NCBI GenBank assembly: GCA_965213705.1
Contig: OZ243913.1
Coordinates: 3,424,001-3,488,000 of the forward strand
DNA: 64,000 nucleotides
Source of the DNA: Trueperaceae bacterium
GTDB lineage: Bacteria; Deinococcota; Deinococci; Deinococcales; Trueperaceae
Direction: 5' to 3'
The notes under the pieces are model-generated. The model had not been told where the DNA came from. It saw only the letters and a list, made by a program, of their open reading frames with translations, and did no database searches. Positions 1 through 10,181 of this stretch are shown in pieces (the first letter of the stretch is position 1; every line of letters starts with the position of its first letter). The translations under genes were made by a program, and so were the position numbers.

Positions 1-1
1 G

Positions 2-805
2 ATAGACAATTACTTCCGGCACTTCGGGGACTTCCGCACGGATTATTTGCTGTTCGATACCGAAAATCCCCCGTTCGACAACCTGGACGTTCGCAAAGCC
101 TTCGCGATGGCGCTCGACCGCGACGCGATTGTGCAAAACGTCTACGGTGAAATCAAAGCCATGCCCGCCCACTCGATGCTGATGCCCGGCTTTCCCGCTT
201 CGGATACCGAGGGTAACTTGGCAGAGTATCAGACGTTCAACTGTGACGCGGCAAACGAACACCTGACGGCGGCGGGCTATCCCGGCGGCAAGGGCTTTCC
301 GGCGCTCGAGATGTGGCTGCGCGGCGAAGGTCCGGCGATGGCAGCGGTTTATCAGGCGTCTGCGGCGTCCATTGCCCAGTGCCTCAACATCGACATTCAG
401 GTGTCCAACAAAGACGGCAAGGTCTACACCGACGCCATGAACGCGCACGAGCTTCAGTTTGGCGCGGTGTCTTACGGCATGGACTTTCTCGACCCCTCGA
501 ACCTGCTGGGTATTTGGGTATCGGCGGGTCGCCACGCCTGGAAAAACGAGGCCTTCGACGCCCTGGTAGCCGAAGCGAGCGCCCTGATCGGGGACGACGC
601 CAAACGCACCCAAATGTTCAAAGACGCCGAGCGCATTTTGGTGGATGACGTGGGCGGCGTGTTTATCGCCCACCGCTGGCAGGGCGACCTGTTTAAGCCC
701 TACGTTTTGGGCGACAGCTTCCGCGTGCCCGACACAAACGGGATTAGCGGGGTTCACTGGGGCAACGATTACTTCTGGGGCGACGTTTACATCGGGCAGC
801 GCTAG
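2..805 (+). CDS. Peptide ABC transporter substrate-binding protein (family 5), 5' end outside window
   Basis: PPFDNLDVRKAFAMALDRDAI motif typical of OppA/DppA; followed by oppB/oppC-like permeases. Confidence 0.85.
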   Translation: MDNYFRHFGDFRTDYLLFDTENPPFDNLDVRKAFAMALDRDAIVQNVYGEIKAMPAHSMLMPGFPASDTEGNLAEYQTFNCDAANEHLTAAGYPGGKGFPALEMWLRGEGPAMAAVYQASAASIAQCLNIDIQVSNKDGKVYTDAMNAHELQFGAVSYGMDFLDPSNLLGIWVSAGRHAWKNEAFDALVAEASALIGDDAKRTQMFKDAERILVDDVGGVFIAHRWQGDLFKPYVLGDSFRVPDTNGISGVHWGNDYFWGDVYIGQR

Positions 806-922
806 GCTTATCGCCTGAGGCGTAATTGAGTCTTGACAAGGAAATCTTGCCCAACGCTTTTGAGGAGCAAGATTTCCTTACCTTTTTTTGAAACCCTTTT
901 CTACCGCTGTGGAGATGCCCAA

Positions 923-1891
923 ATGACGCGCTACATTTTAGGCCGCATCCTCTCACTCATTTTTGTGCTGTTCGCCGTTTCTGTGATTGTCTTCTCGGTG
1001 ATGCACGCGGTACCGGGGGGGCCGTTTGACGAGACGGACAGCAAGTTACCGCCCGCAGCGAAGGAAAACATCATGCGTAAGTATGGGTTGGACAAACCCG
1101 TCTGGCAGCAGTATGTCAACTACATGGGCAACGCGCTTAAGTTCGACTTTGGGATTCCTTACCAGCAACCCCAAACGACGGTAGCCGCGCTGATAGCTAA
1201 AACCTGGGGCGTCACCCTGCAAGTGGGCGTGATGACGCTGCTGGTGGCGTTCGGCGTCGGCATAAGCGCCGGGATGTTTGCGGCTTACCGTCAGAACTCA
1301 TGGGTGGACAACCTGGTGACCTTTACGACCACCCTCGGCTTTACAGTGCCCAACTTTGTGGTTGCCATGTGGTTTATTTTGTTTTTCGCCGTAGCGCGGC
1401 AGTGGTTGCCGATGGGCGGCTGGAGTTCTTCGGAGGCGGCTTGTCTGGTGGGCCGCTATTTTTGCACCGACTGGATTTTGCCCGTGATTGCCTATGCGCT
1501 TGCGCCGATGGCCGTGGTAGCGCGCTACACGCGGGCGAGCATCGTCGATGTCAAACGCGCCGACTATGTCCGCACGGCCAGGGCGAAAGGGGTGAGCGAA
1601 CGAAAGGTCATGAGCAAACACGTCTTCCGCAACGCTCAAATCCCGATGGTGACGGCCCTGGGTACCGAAATTCCTAACCTTATCACCGGCAGTATTTTTA
1701 TCGAGTCTATCTTTCGCATCAACGGCTTAGGTAAGTTTTTCGTGACCAGCACCCTCAACCGGGACTATCCCATGATTATGGCGACCTTTTTACTGATAGC
1801 GCTGCTTTGGGGGATAACCTATTTGCTTACCGATGTCGCGTACACGCTGATTGACCCGAGGGTTCGCCTGGGTGGGGCGAAAGAAGCTTAG
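923..1891 (+). CDS. oppB: Peptide ABC transporter permease (OppB-like)
   Basis: ATG 923 after [29 protein letters not shown] and IDPRVR motifs. Confidence 0.9.
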   Translation: MTRYILGRILSLIFVLFAVSVIVFSVMHAVPGGPFDETDSKLPPAAKENIMRKYGLDKPVWQQYVNYMGNALKFDFGIPYQQPQTTVAALIAKTWGVTLQVGVMTLLVAFGVGISAGMFAAYRQNSWVDNLVTFTTTLGFTVPNFVVAMWFILFFAVARQWLPMGGWSSSEAACLVGRYFCTDWILPVIAYALAPMAVVARYTRASIVDVKRADYVRTARAKGVSERKVMSKHVFRNAQIPMVTALGTEIPNLITGSIFIESIFRINGLGKFFVTSTLNRDYPMIMATFLLIALLWGITYLLTDVAYTLIDPRVRLGGAKEA

Positions 1892-1892
1892 G

Positions 1893-2810
1893 ATGATGGC
1901 GTTTTTGAACCCTAGACGCTCGAGCGAATCCTTGGTCGTAGACCCGGCCCTGGTTGGGAGCCGCACTTTCTGGCAGGACGCCCGCAAACGCTTTTTTCGC
2001 AACCGTCTGGCGGTTGTCGGTCTCGTCATCGTGTCGTTTATTGTTTTCCTGGCTGTTTTTGCCGATGTGTTGGCCCCGTTCGAGTACGACCATGCTTACT
2101 TCGACCGTGTTTTACAAAAACCCTTCCAACACCCGGAGCACCCTCTGGGTACGGACGAGGTCGGACGTGACTACTTGACCCGGCTTATTTACGGGGCCAG
2201 AACCTCTTTAATCGTGGCTTTGTCCGTCCAAGGCATCGCGGTTCTCATCGGGGTGCCGCTCGGGGTGTTAGCCGGTTATCTGGGCGGGCGGGTCGATTTC
2301 GTTTTTTCACGCGTCGTCGAGGTGATGACCGCTTTTCCGTCGCTTCTGTTTGCCATCCTGATTATTTCGGTTTTGGGCGGGGGTCTTAAAACCATCATCG
2401 TGGCGCTCAGCATCACCAGCTGGATCGGCGTTGCCCGCCTGACCAGGGCGCAGATTCTTACCCTGCGTGAACAGGACTACGCCCTGGCCGCCCGAGCCCT
2501 CGGGGTGTCCGGGGGGCGCATCATGATGAGACACCTGTTGCCCAACGCCCTCACGCCCATTTTGGTGTCGGTCAGTTTCGGGATTCCCGCAGCCATTTTT
2601 GCGGAGGCGGGTTTGAGCTTTTTGGGCTTGGGTGTGAACGACCCCGTTGCGAGTTGGGGGAAAATGGTCGGGGTCAGCAACGCTTACGTGAGGGTCTACT
2701 GGCACCTCGCCTTGTTCCCGACCTTGGCGATTGCCTTGACGATGCTCGGGTTTACCTTTTTGGGCGACGGGCTTCAGGACGCGCTCGACCCCAAGCAAGG
2801 TGAGGCGTGA
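1893..2810 (+). CDS. oppC: Peptide ABC transporter permease (OppC-like)
   Basis: HPLGTDEVGRD, YGARTSL, EAGLSFLGLG and GDGLQDALDP motifs. Confidence 0.9.
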   Translation: MMAFLNPRRSSESLVVDPALVGSRTFWQDARKRFFRNRLAVVGLVIVSFIVFLAVFADVLAPFEYDHAYFDRVLQKPFQHPEHPLGTDEVGRDYLTRLIYGARTSLIVALSVQGIAVLIGVPLGVLAGYLGGRVDFVFSRVVEVMTAFPSLLFAILIISVLGGGLKTIIVALSITSWIGVARLTRAQILTLREQDYALAARALGVSGGRIMMRHLLPNALTPILVSVSFGIPAAIFAEAGLSFLGLGVNDPVASWGKMVGVSNAYVRVYWHLALFPTLAIALTMLGFTFLGDGLQDALDPKQGEA

Positions 2811-3109
2811 GGGGGAAAATCACAGGTTTTCCCATTTCTTCTGAAAAGGTGCATGAGTTGAGACCGGACGCGCTCCGAAGCGACCCCACGAAACCTGTTT
2901 GTCACGTCAGACACGGCTTCTCTAATGCCAAAGCGTGAGCTCGCCGGTAGGTATTGAAACGTGTGCCTGAGACGTAATCTCCAAGGATTTTTCGCTCTTC
3001 TTGAACCGTTTACTCTTCGACCACTGAAAGCTCACGAAACCCTTTGGTCAGAGGTTCACTACCGTCCGGCCGCGCCATGACCACGTCTTCGACGCGGCAG
3101 AAAAAGGTG

Positions 3110-3480
3110 TCGAAGTATGTCTGCGTCGTGTGCGGGATGCCGTTGTCGCGGAAGAACTTGGGTTTGTAGTAGTCGACGACCGCCGCCAGTCCGGCAATGT
3201 GGTCGGCGTCCTGGTGCGAAGCGATGACGAGGTCGACCTGGGTGATGCTGAGGGATTTCAGATACTCCAATGGCACCTGACTCTTCCTACCCCCGTCGTA
3301 GAGGACGCCCTGACCGGTCGGGGCTTGGATGAACACGCTGTCGCCCTGGCCCACGTCGATGAAGTGGGTTGCTAGGTCTCGGCTCGAGGGGTTTTGGCCC
3401 GGAGAAGTCTGGGCACAACCCACGGTGACCAGCCCGAAGAACATCACGCTGAAGAGGAGTAGGGCGAGGCGGTTGAGTGC
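3110..3480 (-). pseudogene. Fragment of ComEC/Rec2-type metallo-beta-lactamase-fold protein
   Basis: FIDVGQGDS, YDGG and SHQDADHIAGL motifs; truncated, next to the IS3 remnant. Confidence 0.7.
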
Positions 3481-3559
3481 TGGGTGAAGGGTTTCTTTGG
3501 CGAGGTCGTTTGGGCTGGCGAGGTGGCTTCGGAAGGTGGGTGAGTGTTCGCAGGGCTCG

Positions 3560-4410
3560 AGCCCCTGTCCAAAGGCTAAAGAGGTGTATTGGCTGCCGTG
3601 GTCCGAGTGGTGAATCACTCCCTTTGCGGGCTGCCGCTTTCATAACGCCATCTCCAGCGCGTTTAGGACGAGTTCGGCAGTGAATCGCTCCGCAAACGAC
3701 CACCCCACCACCAAGCGGGAGTAGACATCTATAACGACGGCTAAGTAAAGCCAGCCCTCGTCGGTTTCATGCTGTGTCACGTCGGCGACCCAAACTCTGT
3801 TGGGGCTGTCGGCGCTGAGCCGCCGCTCGACCAGGTCCGGGTACGCCTCCCGCTTTGGGTTCCGCGTTCGTGAATTGTTTTGATACGCACCATTAATTCG
3901 GCGTCCGCCACGCTTCGTGCCGAGGGTGGGCGGTTTCGGCAAGCGAATACCCGCTCTTGGAGACCTCCAGAACGCGGCACATCCGCTCGACACTGTGGTT
4001 GACCTTCTCTTGGTCGCTAAACCGGCACACCGCTACCGGCTCCGGTCAGTCTCCTTGGCAAAGACGGTGGCGGCTTTTTTGAGAATCTTGCGCTCTTCAC
4101 GCAGGATGTAATTCTCTCGTCGGAGTCGCCTGAGTTCCTCACTTTCGTCTTGGTCAAGAGCTGCGCTGTTCGCACTTCTGGGAGCGCCGCCATTCTCGGC
4201 GCGCCGGACCCAGTCTCTTAGCAAATTGGTAGATACGCCTAAGTTGGAGGCAATCTCTTGCAAGCTCTTGCCGCTCTGCTGATAGAGCCTGACCGCTTCG
4301 GTTTTAAACTCTGGTGGATATGGAGGTCTGGATACGGGCATCTGAACACTTTCTTCCTGAGGATGTTAAACCTCAAGCGTTTATGTGTCCACCAAACCGA
4401 GGCAGCTCCA
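3560..4410 (-). mobile_element. IS3-family remnant (orfA 4033-4341; orfB internally deleted and truncated)
   Basis: YPPEFKTEAVRL orfA; WVADVT, WLYLAVVIDVYSR and HHSDHGSQYTS; left end TGGAGCTGCCTCGGTTTGGTGGACAC on minus strand ending at 4410. Confidence 0.85.
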
Positions 4411-4470
4411 TTCGTTGTCCACTGAAGGGTTTGTGCCACAGTTGCGCGCGTTTGTTGCACAAAAACATAA

Positions 4471-5076
4471 CTACCGCGTCGCCACCACGATTCCCACCCC
4501 TAACATAATCGTTTCAGCAGCTCTGTCTGTCACGCGCCGTGCCCGCTTTAAGCTAAACAAGCTTCGCATCCGGTCGGCTGAGAAAGCGTAAGTAGAAGCG
4601 ATGATTAACATAGCGACCACCAGCATGGTGCAGAGCGACAGGTAAACGGCAAAGTCGATGTTCCGCATGTCAATTAGCGTAGGCAAGAGCGCGACATAGA
4701 AGACGATAGCGTGTGGATTGCTCATGCCGAGGGCCAAACCTGTTACAGCGTCACCCCAGCGGGTGTTCGTCTCGACTGTAGCCACACGCGTGTCAAGCTT
4801 TTTTAGCCAACGCCTCACTCCCATCCAGACTAGGTAGGCCGCGCCGGCAAACTTGACGAGGGCGAAAACCGGTTTGAACGAGTCGGCCACGGCAGCAAGA
4901 CCGAAGACCACGAGCGTGAGCAAAATCAGCTTGCCCAAGATGGCACCGAGGGTGAAGGGGGCGGCCGCCAGTCCCCCACGTGCGAGCGCCTTGCTTAAGA
5001 CGGTCAGCGTGTCCGGGCCGGGCGTGGCCGCGGAGGCGGTGAACGCCAGCGCGAAGAGAACGAGACCTTCGGTCAC
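4471..5076 (-). CDS. LysE/RhtB family translocator
   Basis: TPGPD, KFAGAAYLVWMG and SNPHAIVFY motifs; hydrophobic, 201 aa. Confidence 0.85.
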   Translation of the reverse strand: MTEGLVLFALAFTASAATPGPDTLTVLSKALARGGLAAAPFTLGAILGKLILLTLVVFGLAAVADSFKPVFALVKFAGAAYLVWMGVRRWLKKLDTRVATVETNTRWGDAVTGLALGMSNPHAIVFYVALLPTLIDMRNIDFAVYLSLCTMLVVAMLIIASTYAFSADRMRSLFSLKRARRVTDRAAETIMLGVGIVVATR

Positions 5077-5086
5077 AGCGCCGACC

Positions 5087-5350
5087 TCATCTTTCGCCTA
5101 GAGCGGCAAGACGCTGTCGCATATCGGTTCCCGTGGCTGCGGCGTCCGGGTCGTCGCTCATGAGGATCTCGGCGATTCGCTCTTGCTCCACGCGGCCTTT
5201 GTTCTGGCTCAGTTTAGCCGCGCCCTCTAAACAAGTGACGCGCAGCTCGAAGGCGACGACGCCCCGAATCATGCCCGCCTTGTAGCGCTTGGGCAGGTCG
5301 TCCCACTGCGTTTGATAGTCGGGCTCGTGTTGCGCGATGAGGCCTCCCGA
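5087..5350 (-). pseudogene. 3' fragment of FMN-binding negative transcriptional regulator (PaiB-like)
   Basis: MIRGVVAFELRVTCLEGAAKLSQNK motif; N-terminal half missing. Confidence 0.65.
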
Positions 5351-5384
5351 CGTGCGGTAACCGTTGGAAAAAACTGGTTTCTCT

Positions 5385-6278
5385 TTAACAGGCAAAACAT
5401 TTCAAAGCTTTAGCCCTGGCAAAAATACTCTTTTTTGAAATTTTCGCGCCGCCCCCGCGAGCAGCATTTTCCGCTCCGGCAGCCACCCCGAGTTGCATTG
5501 CTCGTTCCAAAGACCAACCCTCGGCTCTTGCCCACAAAAAGGCGGCCAATAAGCTGTCGCCTGAGGCGACCGGGTTGAGCACACGCACCTTGGGAGCCGG
5601 GCAAACCAGGGTTTTTTCACCGACGTAGGCGGCTCCTTCATCTCCGAGCGTCAGGAGTATGGGCACACCGTAGCTTTCATATAGGGTCTGGGCTTCGCTG
5701 AGACCGTTACTCTCAACTTGCAAAAGACTTGCTAGTTCTGAGCGGTTGGGTTTGACAAGGGATACACCCGCCTCGAGCGCCGCCCGAAGTCCCTTGCCGC
5801 TCGAGTCCACCACGGGTTTGTTAGCGAATTCTTTGAGAACTTCACGAAAATCGGCAGGCGTGATTCCCGCGGGAAGGCTGCCAGAAATGATGAGTCGACC
5901 CTCCGGCAAGCGCCTCAACAAGTTGCGCCATTCGCCAATAGAAACGACCGGACCTTTCTCGTATACCTCGGTCGGATGGGCGCGTCCGTCCAGCAGGATG
6001 TGGCACTCGCGCGTTTCGCCCCCGACCTCCTCAAAAGTACCCTTTAACCCTTCTCGCTCAAGCAAGTGGCGAAACTTCCGGCCGTTAAAACCGCCTAAGA
6101 ACCCTGCTACTGTAGCCTCGGCTCCCAGCGTCTTGAGCACCCGCGCTACGTTGACGCCCTTGCCGCCTGCAACTTCGCGCACGCTTCCTACGCGGTGGAG
6201 CGTTTGGGGTGTGAGGATTTGGCCCAACTCAAGTGTACGGTCGAGCGCCAAGTTGGGCGTCAAGCTGACAAAGGACAC
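5385..6278 (-). CDS. 1-phosphofructokinase / tagatose-6-phosphate kinase family (PfkB/LacC)
   Basis: TPNLALD, GGKGVNVARVL, KPNRSEL and NPVASGDS motifs; GTG start 6278 right after the DeoR stop. Confidence 0.85.
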   Translation of the reverse strand: MSFVSLTPNLALDRTLELGQILTPQTLHRVGSVREVAGGKGVNVARVLKTLGAEATVAGFLGGFNGRKFRHLLEREGLKGTFEEVGGETRECHILLDGRAHPTEVYEKGPVVSIGEWRNLLRRLPEGRLIISGSLPAGITPADFREVLKEFANKPVVDSSGKGLRAALEAGVSLVKPNRSELASLLQVESNGLSEAQTLYESYGVPILLTLGDEGAAYVGEKTLVCPAPKVRVLNPVASGDSLLAAFLWARAEGWSLERAMQLGVAAGAENAARGGGAKISKKSIFARAKALKCFAC

Positions 6279-6279
6279 G

Positions 6280-7107
6280 TCAGCCGCGGGGGGTACTGTG
6301 CTTGATCTCGGCAGGAGTGAGTCCGGAAGCCAATTCGACGGCGAGTCCCGTTTGCTCAAGGAAGCGGAGCCAGTCCCGGCTCAGCCCCTCGTCGGTAATT
6401 AGGCGCTCGATGGCGGCAAGTGGCGCGAACTTAGCGAGCGTCTTCTGCCCAACCTTGCTGTGGTCGGCAATCACGATGGCGCGCTCGGAAACGCTCAAAA
6501 AAGCTCGAGCAACGGCGCTTTCCAGGGGGTCGCGCATCGAAAAGCCGAAGTCCGGCGTGACCCCGCTGCAGCCGACAAAGCTGAGGTCGAGCCGGTACTC
6601 CTGCAACGCGAACTCCACCATCTCGCCGACGAGTTCGTAAGAATAAGTGTTCAGTGCGCCCCCGGTGACGATAACTTTGGTGAGGCTGTGGTTGTACAGT
6701 TCGGTAGCCACGTTGATGGCGTTGGTGATGACCGTAATCGGTCTGCCACGCAGCCAACGTGCCAGTTCGGTGCAGGTGGTTCCGCCAGAGAGGCCTACCA
6801 GCATACCGTCTTCGATGTGCGCGGTCGCCGCCGCTGCAATAGCACGTTTGGCCGTTGCTCCACGCGCCGCGACCGTTTTGAAGTCGTCTAAATAGTCGAT
6901 GGGCGAGCGCACCCGCGCCCCGCCCCAGGTGCGCTCAACCAGCCCGCGCCGCTCAAGAGCCGACAGGTCGCGCCGCACCGTCGCGATGGAAATGCCGAGT
7001 AGCTCGGCGATGCCGGTCGCTTTCAGTACACCATTATGCAAGATGAGGTCGTGAACCCGGTGTTGGCGCTCGCGACTGTTCGAGGTGGCGTTGGCGGTCA
7101 TGTTCAT
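6280..7107 (-). CDS. DeoR/GlpR family regulator (AgaR-like)
   Basis: SIATVRRDLSALE HTH; GGTT, ITNA and ADHSK motifs. Confidence 0.9.
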   Translation of the reverse strand: MNMTANATSNSRERQHRVHDLILHNGVLKATGIAELLGISIATVRRDLSALERRGLVERTWGGARVRSPIDYLDDFKTVAARGATAKRAIAAAATAHIEDGMLVGLSGGTTCTELARWLRGRPITVITNAINVATELYNHSLTKVIVTGGALNTYSYELVGEMVEFALQEYRLDLSFVGCSGVTPDFGFSMRDPLESAVARAFLSVSERAIVIADHSKVGQKTLAKFAPLAAIERLITDEGLSRDWLRFLEQTGLAVELASGLTPAEIKHSTPRG

Positions 7108-7224
7108 AAGCTTGCTCTGAGTCTAAAGCCTACGACCGGGTTATTCAGGTCGACGGTGACCGATTTTGGCTCTTTCGCTCAGTGAGCTGTTGGAGCTGTC
7201 CCCAACTGCGCCTTAAAGTGGTTT

Positions 7225-8058
7225 ATGAACCTTCCCGACCCCGCCTCCCGTCTCCGTGCGGCGCGTGAACAGGGCTACGCGCTGGCCGCCTTCAACGCAG
7301 TCAACTTAGAAACCGCTCAGGCGATCGTCGGTGCGGCGGAAGCGGAGCGCGCGCCCATCATTCTGCAAATTTCGGAAAATGCTGCCCGTTACGGTGGCCT
7401 GAAAGCCCTATTCGGCATTTCCAAAACGTTGCAAGCAGCGGCGGGCGTGCCGGTCATCGTGCATTTTGACCACGCTGAAACCTTCGAGAGCGCACTTCAA
7501 GCTTTGAAGCTCGGCTTCGATTCGGTGATGTTTGAGGGTGCCGACCTCGGCTCGGCGGCGAATGCCCGGCAACTCAAGCTGCTGAGCCGAGCCGCCCATG
7601 ACCGGGGCGCAGCCGTCGAGGGCGAGTTTGAAATTGTCAACAAAGAAGGTCGTGAGGGCAACACGCTCGAGCTTGAACGATTCTCGGAGCTGGCCGCCTC
7701 CTCCGGCTGCGACGTGGTCGCCGTCAACATCGGCAGCGACCATAAGCAGACCGAGAAAGTCGCCCGGCTCGACTTGGCAAGACTCGAGACCATCGCCGCG
7801 CTGGTTCCGCATCCGCTTGTGTTGCACGGCTCGTCGGGCGTTTCAGAAGTCGAATTGTCCCACGCGGTCGAGCGAGGCGTTGCAAAGGTCAACATAGCGA
7901 CCGAGTTGATGGCGGTGTTTACCGACAGCGTGAGAAACAGCCTTTTGGACGTAAACCTGCACGACCCGCGCATTTATTTGGGTGCGGCGCGAGTCGCTTT
8001 TCAGGCGCGAGCGCAGGCACTCATCCGGCTGTTGGGAAGCGCAGGCAAGGCCGGATAA
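7225..8058 (+). CDS. Class II fructose/tagatose-bisphosphate aldolase
   Basis: AFN, HFDH, VEGE, IGSDH, LVLHGSSG and KVNIAT motifs. Confidence 0.9.
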   Translation: MNLPDPASRLRAAREQGYALAAFNAVNLETAQAIVGAAEAERAPIILQISENAARYGGLKALFGISKTLQAAAGVPVIVHFDHAETFESALQALKLGFDSVMFEGADLGSAANARQLKLLSRAAHDRGAAVEGEFEIVNKEGREGNTLELERFSELAASSGCDVVAVNIGSDHKQTEKVARLDLARLETIAALVPHPLVLHGSSGVSEVELSHAVERGVAKVNIATELMAVFTDSVRNSLLDVNLHDPRIYLGAARVAFQARAQALIRLLGSAGKAG

Positions 8059-8059
8059 C

Positions 8060-9787
8060 GAGGGTTTTGCTCGAGTTCGCACTTTCCGGTCGAGGCCAGT
8101 TTTATAGACCGGTCTGCGGCTTCTACCCTGTCCGGCAAGCCATAGGCCCGATTACGCTGTCATGCGACGCGCCTATATCGACACCGTCAAAGAATTACGT
8201 GCACTCGGTCAGGACGCTGTACTCGTTCAAAACGGTGGCTTCGACTTGCTCCTAAACCGCGAAAATGTGGGCAACGGCAGCGAGTGTTACGTCGACGCGG
8301 TGATGCACGAAGTGGCCACGACCCGCGACTGGCAGTGTTTTGCCAGTCCTGCGCCCGCGCTCGACCCCACCAACTACTCAAGCTGGCGCAACTATTACAG
8401 GACGCTGGAAAGCCAGGGTCAAACGGCTTAGGCGCAAGCCGACCGCACTTTTAGAGAAAACCGCGACGCGCACGCCCGCGAGTACCGAGCTGACGGGAGC
8501 GTCGTACTGGCGCAAGATTTCCCCCTACCGGAACGGTCCGACCTCAGCTGTTTGGCGCACGTACAGGCCAAAGCGGAGGGGTAGATTCCGGCCTATTCGG
8601 ACGCTTGCTTTGCCAAACTCTACAGTTTTCCAGAAACGAGCGCCAGCACCCGCGCCTACGAAGGCTGTGCCGACTACGACTACACGGTCGCACCAAACTT
8701 CAGCGTTACCTTCGCGCCACGCGTGGTTTATGTTCCGCAGGGCGACAGCCGCACCATCACCCTGAACGTCGGAGCAGTGAACGGTTACGACGGCCCGGTC
8801 AAGCTGCGCCTCGGCAAATTGCCACCGGGGGTTACGGGTTTGCTTTCCTAAACCGAAGTCACACCCGGCCCGACCACGACGGTCACCCTGACGCTGAACG
8901 TCGGCGCGGGCGTGCCGCTCGGCGAAGAAATTGTCAAGGTTCGGGCGAGCAGCTGGGGCGAGACGATGGTGTATGACTACCGGCTGGTGGTTTACAACCT
9001 GAACGTGCAAACCCTGTGGGTAACCAATGCGGGCAACGGCACCGTTCTCGCTTTTGACGACATAGCCAGCTTGCCAAATTCGAGTTCCCCGCGCAGTATA
9101 GGAGGCGTTCAGCAGCCCTACCCAGATTGTAGCAGCGGCCTCAATTATCCTACCAGCCTCGCGCTGGACGCCTCTGACAATCTGTAGGTCGCCAACTCGG
9201 CGCTCGACTGGAGTGGCGCGCCGCGCCATCGCTCAACTATTTCGCGCCTGGAGCAGCTTCCCCCACAGGCGGTTTTGACTTTCCCACCGTTTACGGCTAC
9301 CCACGGCGAATTGCCTTCGACACTGTTGGTCGCGTGTGGGTCAGCACGACCTTCGGCCTCCTCGTCGCTTATGAGAACCTAACCGGCACGCCGCAAGTTC
9401 ATACGGTTCTGTCGCTGTCCTCGAGCTTGAACCCCATTCGCGGAGTTGCTTTCGACACGGCGGCAACTTATGGCTGAGCGGCAGTTATCAAGGCTCCAGT
9501 CGCGTCGTCAGGCTGGCGGCGGGGAGTTGGCCCACGGGCAGCGCGTTCGCTGTGACAGCCGACAATTCAGTGAACCTGACGCTCAACCAGGGCGTCTACG
9601 ACCCCGACGGTTTGGCCTTCGACGCGACCGGCAACGTGTGGATTGTCAACCAAACGGACGCCACGGGAACAGGTCCTGGAAGTGTGGTCAAGTCGCTGGC
9701 TCGAGTCTCGGCTCCACAAGCTTCCCCGAAGTCAGGCTGAACTCGCCCACACGCTACGCGATAGGTTTGGCCGTCGGTCGGCCTTAA
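8060..9787 (+). pseudogene. Decayed GH114-like glycoside hydrolase with Ig-like and NHL/beta-propeller repeats
   Basis: VLVQNGGF and VDAVMHE; one frame continues through stops at 8429, 8582, 8849 and 9185; NHL-like LALDASDNL*VAN and GLAFDATGNVWIVN; 5' end missing. Confidence 0.65.
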
Positions 9788-10060
9788 GACCTGTTTAAAC
9801 GAGGAGCAAGACATAGATAGGCCTATTAGAAACGCCTATGTATACACTATCCGAGTAGCAAAAAAGGAGGAGCGAAGAGTCCAGAAGGGAAGTCAACTCT
9901 TCCGAACTCTTTTTCAGGTTGTACCTGAACATAGATGTTGGAAAAAGACAGCACAAGCCGGTTCAGAAAGCGAGTCGAGACGTAGTTTGTAGGTCTTTCA
10001 AGCTCCACCGACTCGCTCGAGCATTGTCAAGGCTCTCGATGAACAATAAAGACAATTCAA

Positions 10061-10089
10061 CTTGAGCGATTGAGTCAAATTCGCTCAAG
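10061..10089. promoter_or_regulatory. Candidate operator: inverted repeat CTTGAGCGA-N11-TCGCTCAAG
   Basis: Perfect 9-bp arms just upstream of the putative promoter of the sugar operon; a half-site TTCGCTCA also lies between deoR and the aldolase. Confidence 0.55.
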
Positions 10090-10096
10090 AACCCCC

Positions 10097-10125
10097 TTGT
10101 CTTGCCAAACCGCCCCGCTTAGGAT
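10097..10125 (+). promoter_or_regulatory. Putative sigma70-type promoter TTGTCT-N17-TAGGAT
   Basis: Spacing and position about 55 bp before the first operon gene. Confidence 0.45.
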
Positions 10126-10181
10126 AGTAACAGCGAAATAAATATTACCTGCGAATAACACCACCTCGAGCACGAGAGGAT

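Noticed and set aside
3010..3618. 202-aa ORF as one real gene
   Set aside because: Chimera of an IS3 integrase piece, a ComEC-like fragment and an unrelated tail
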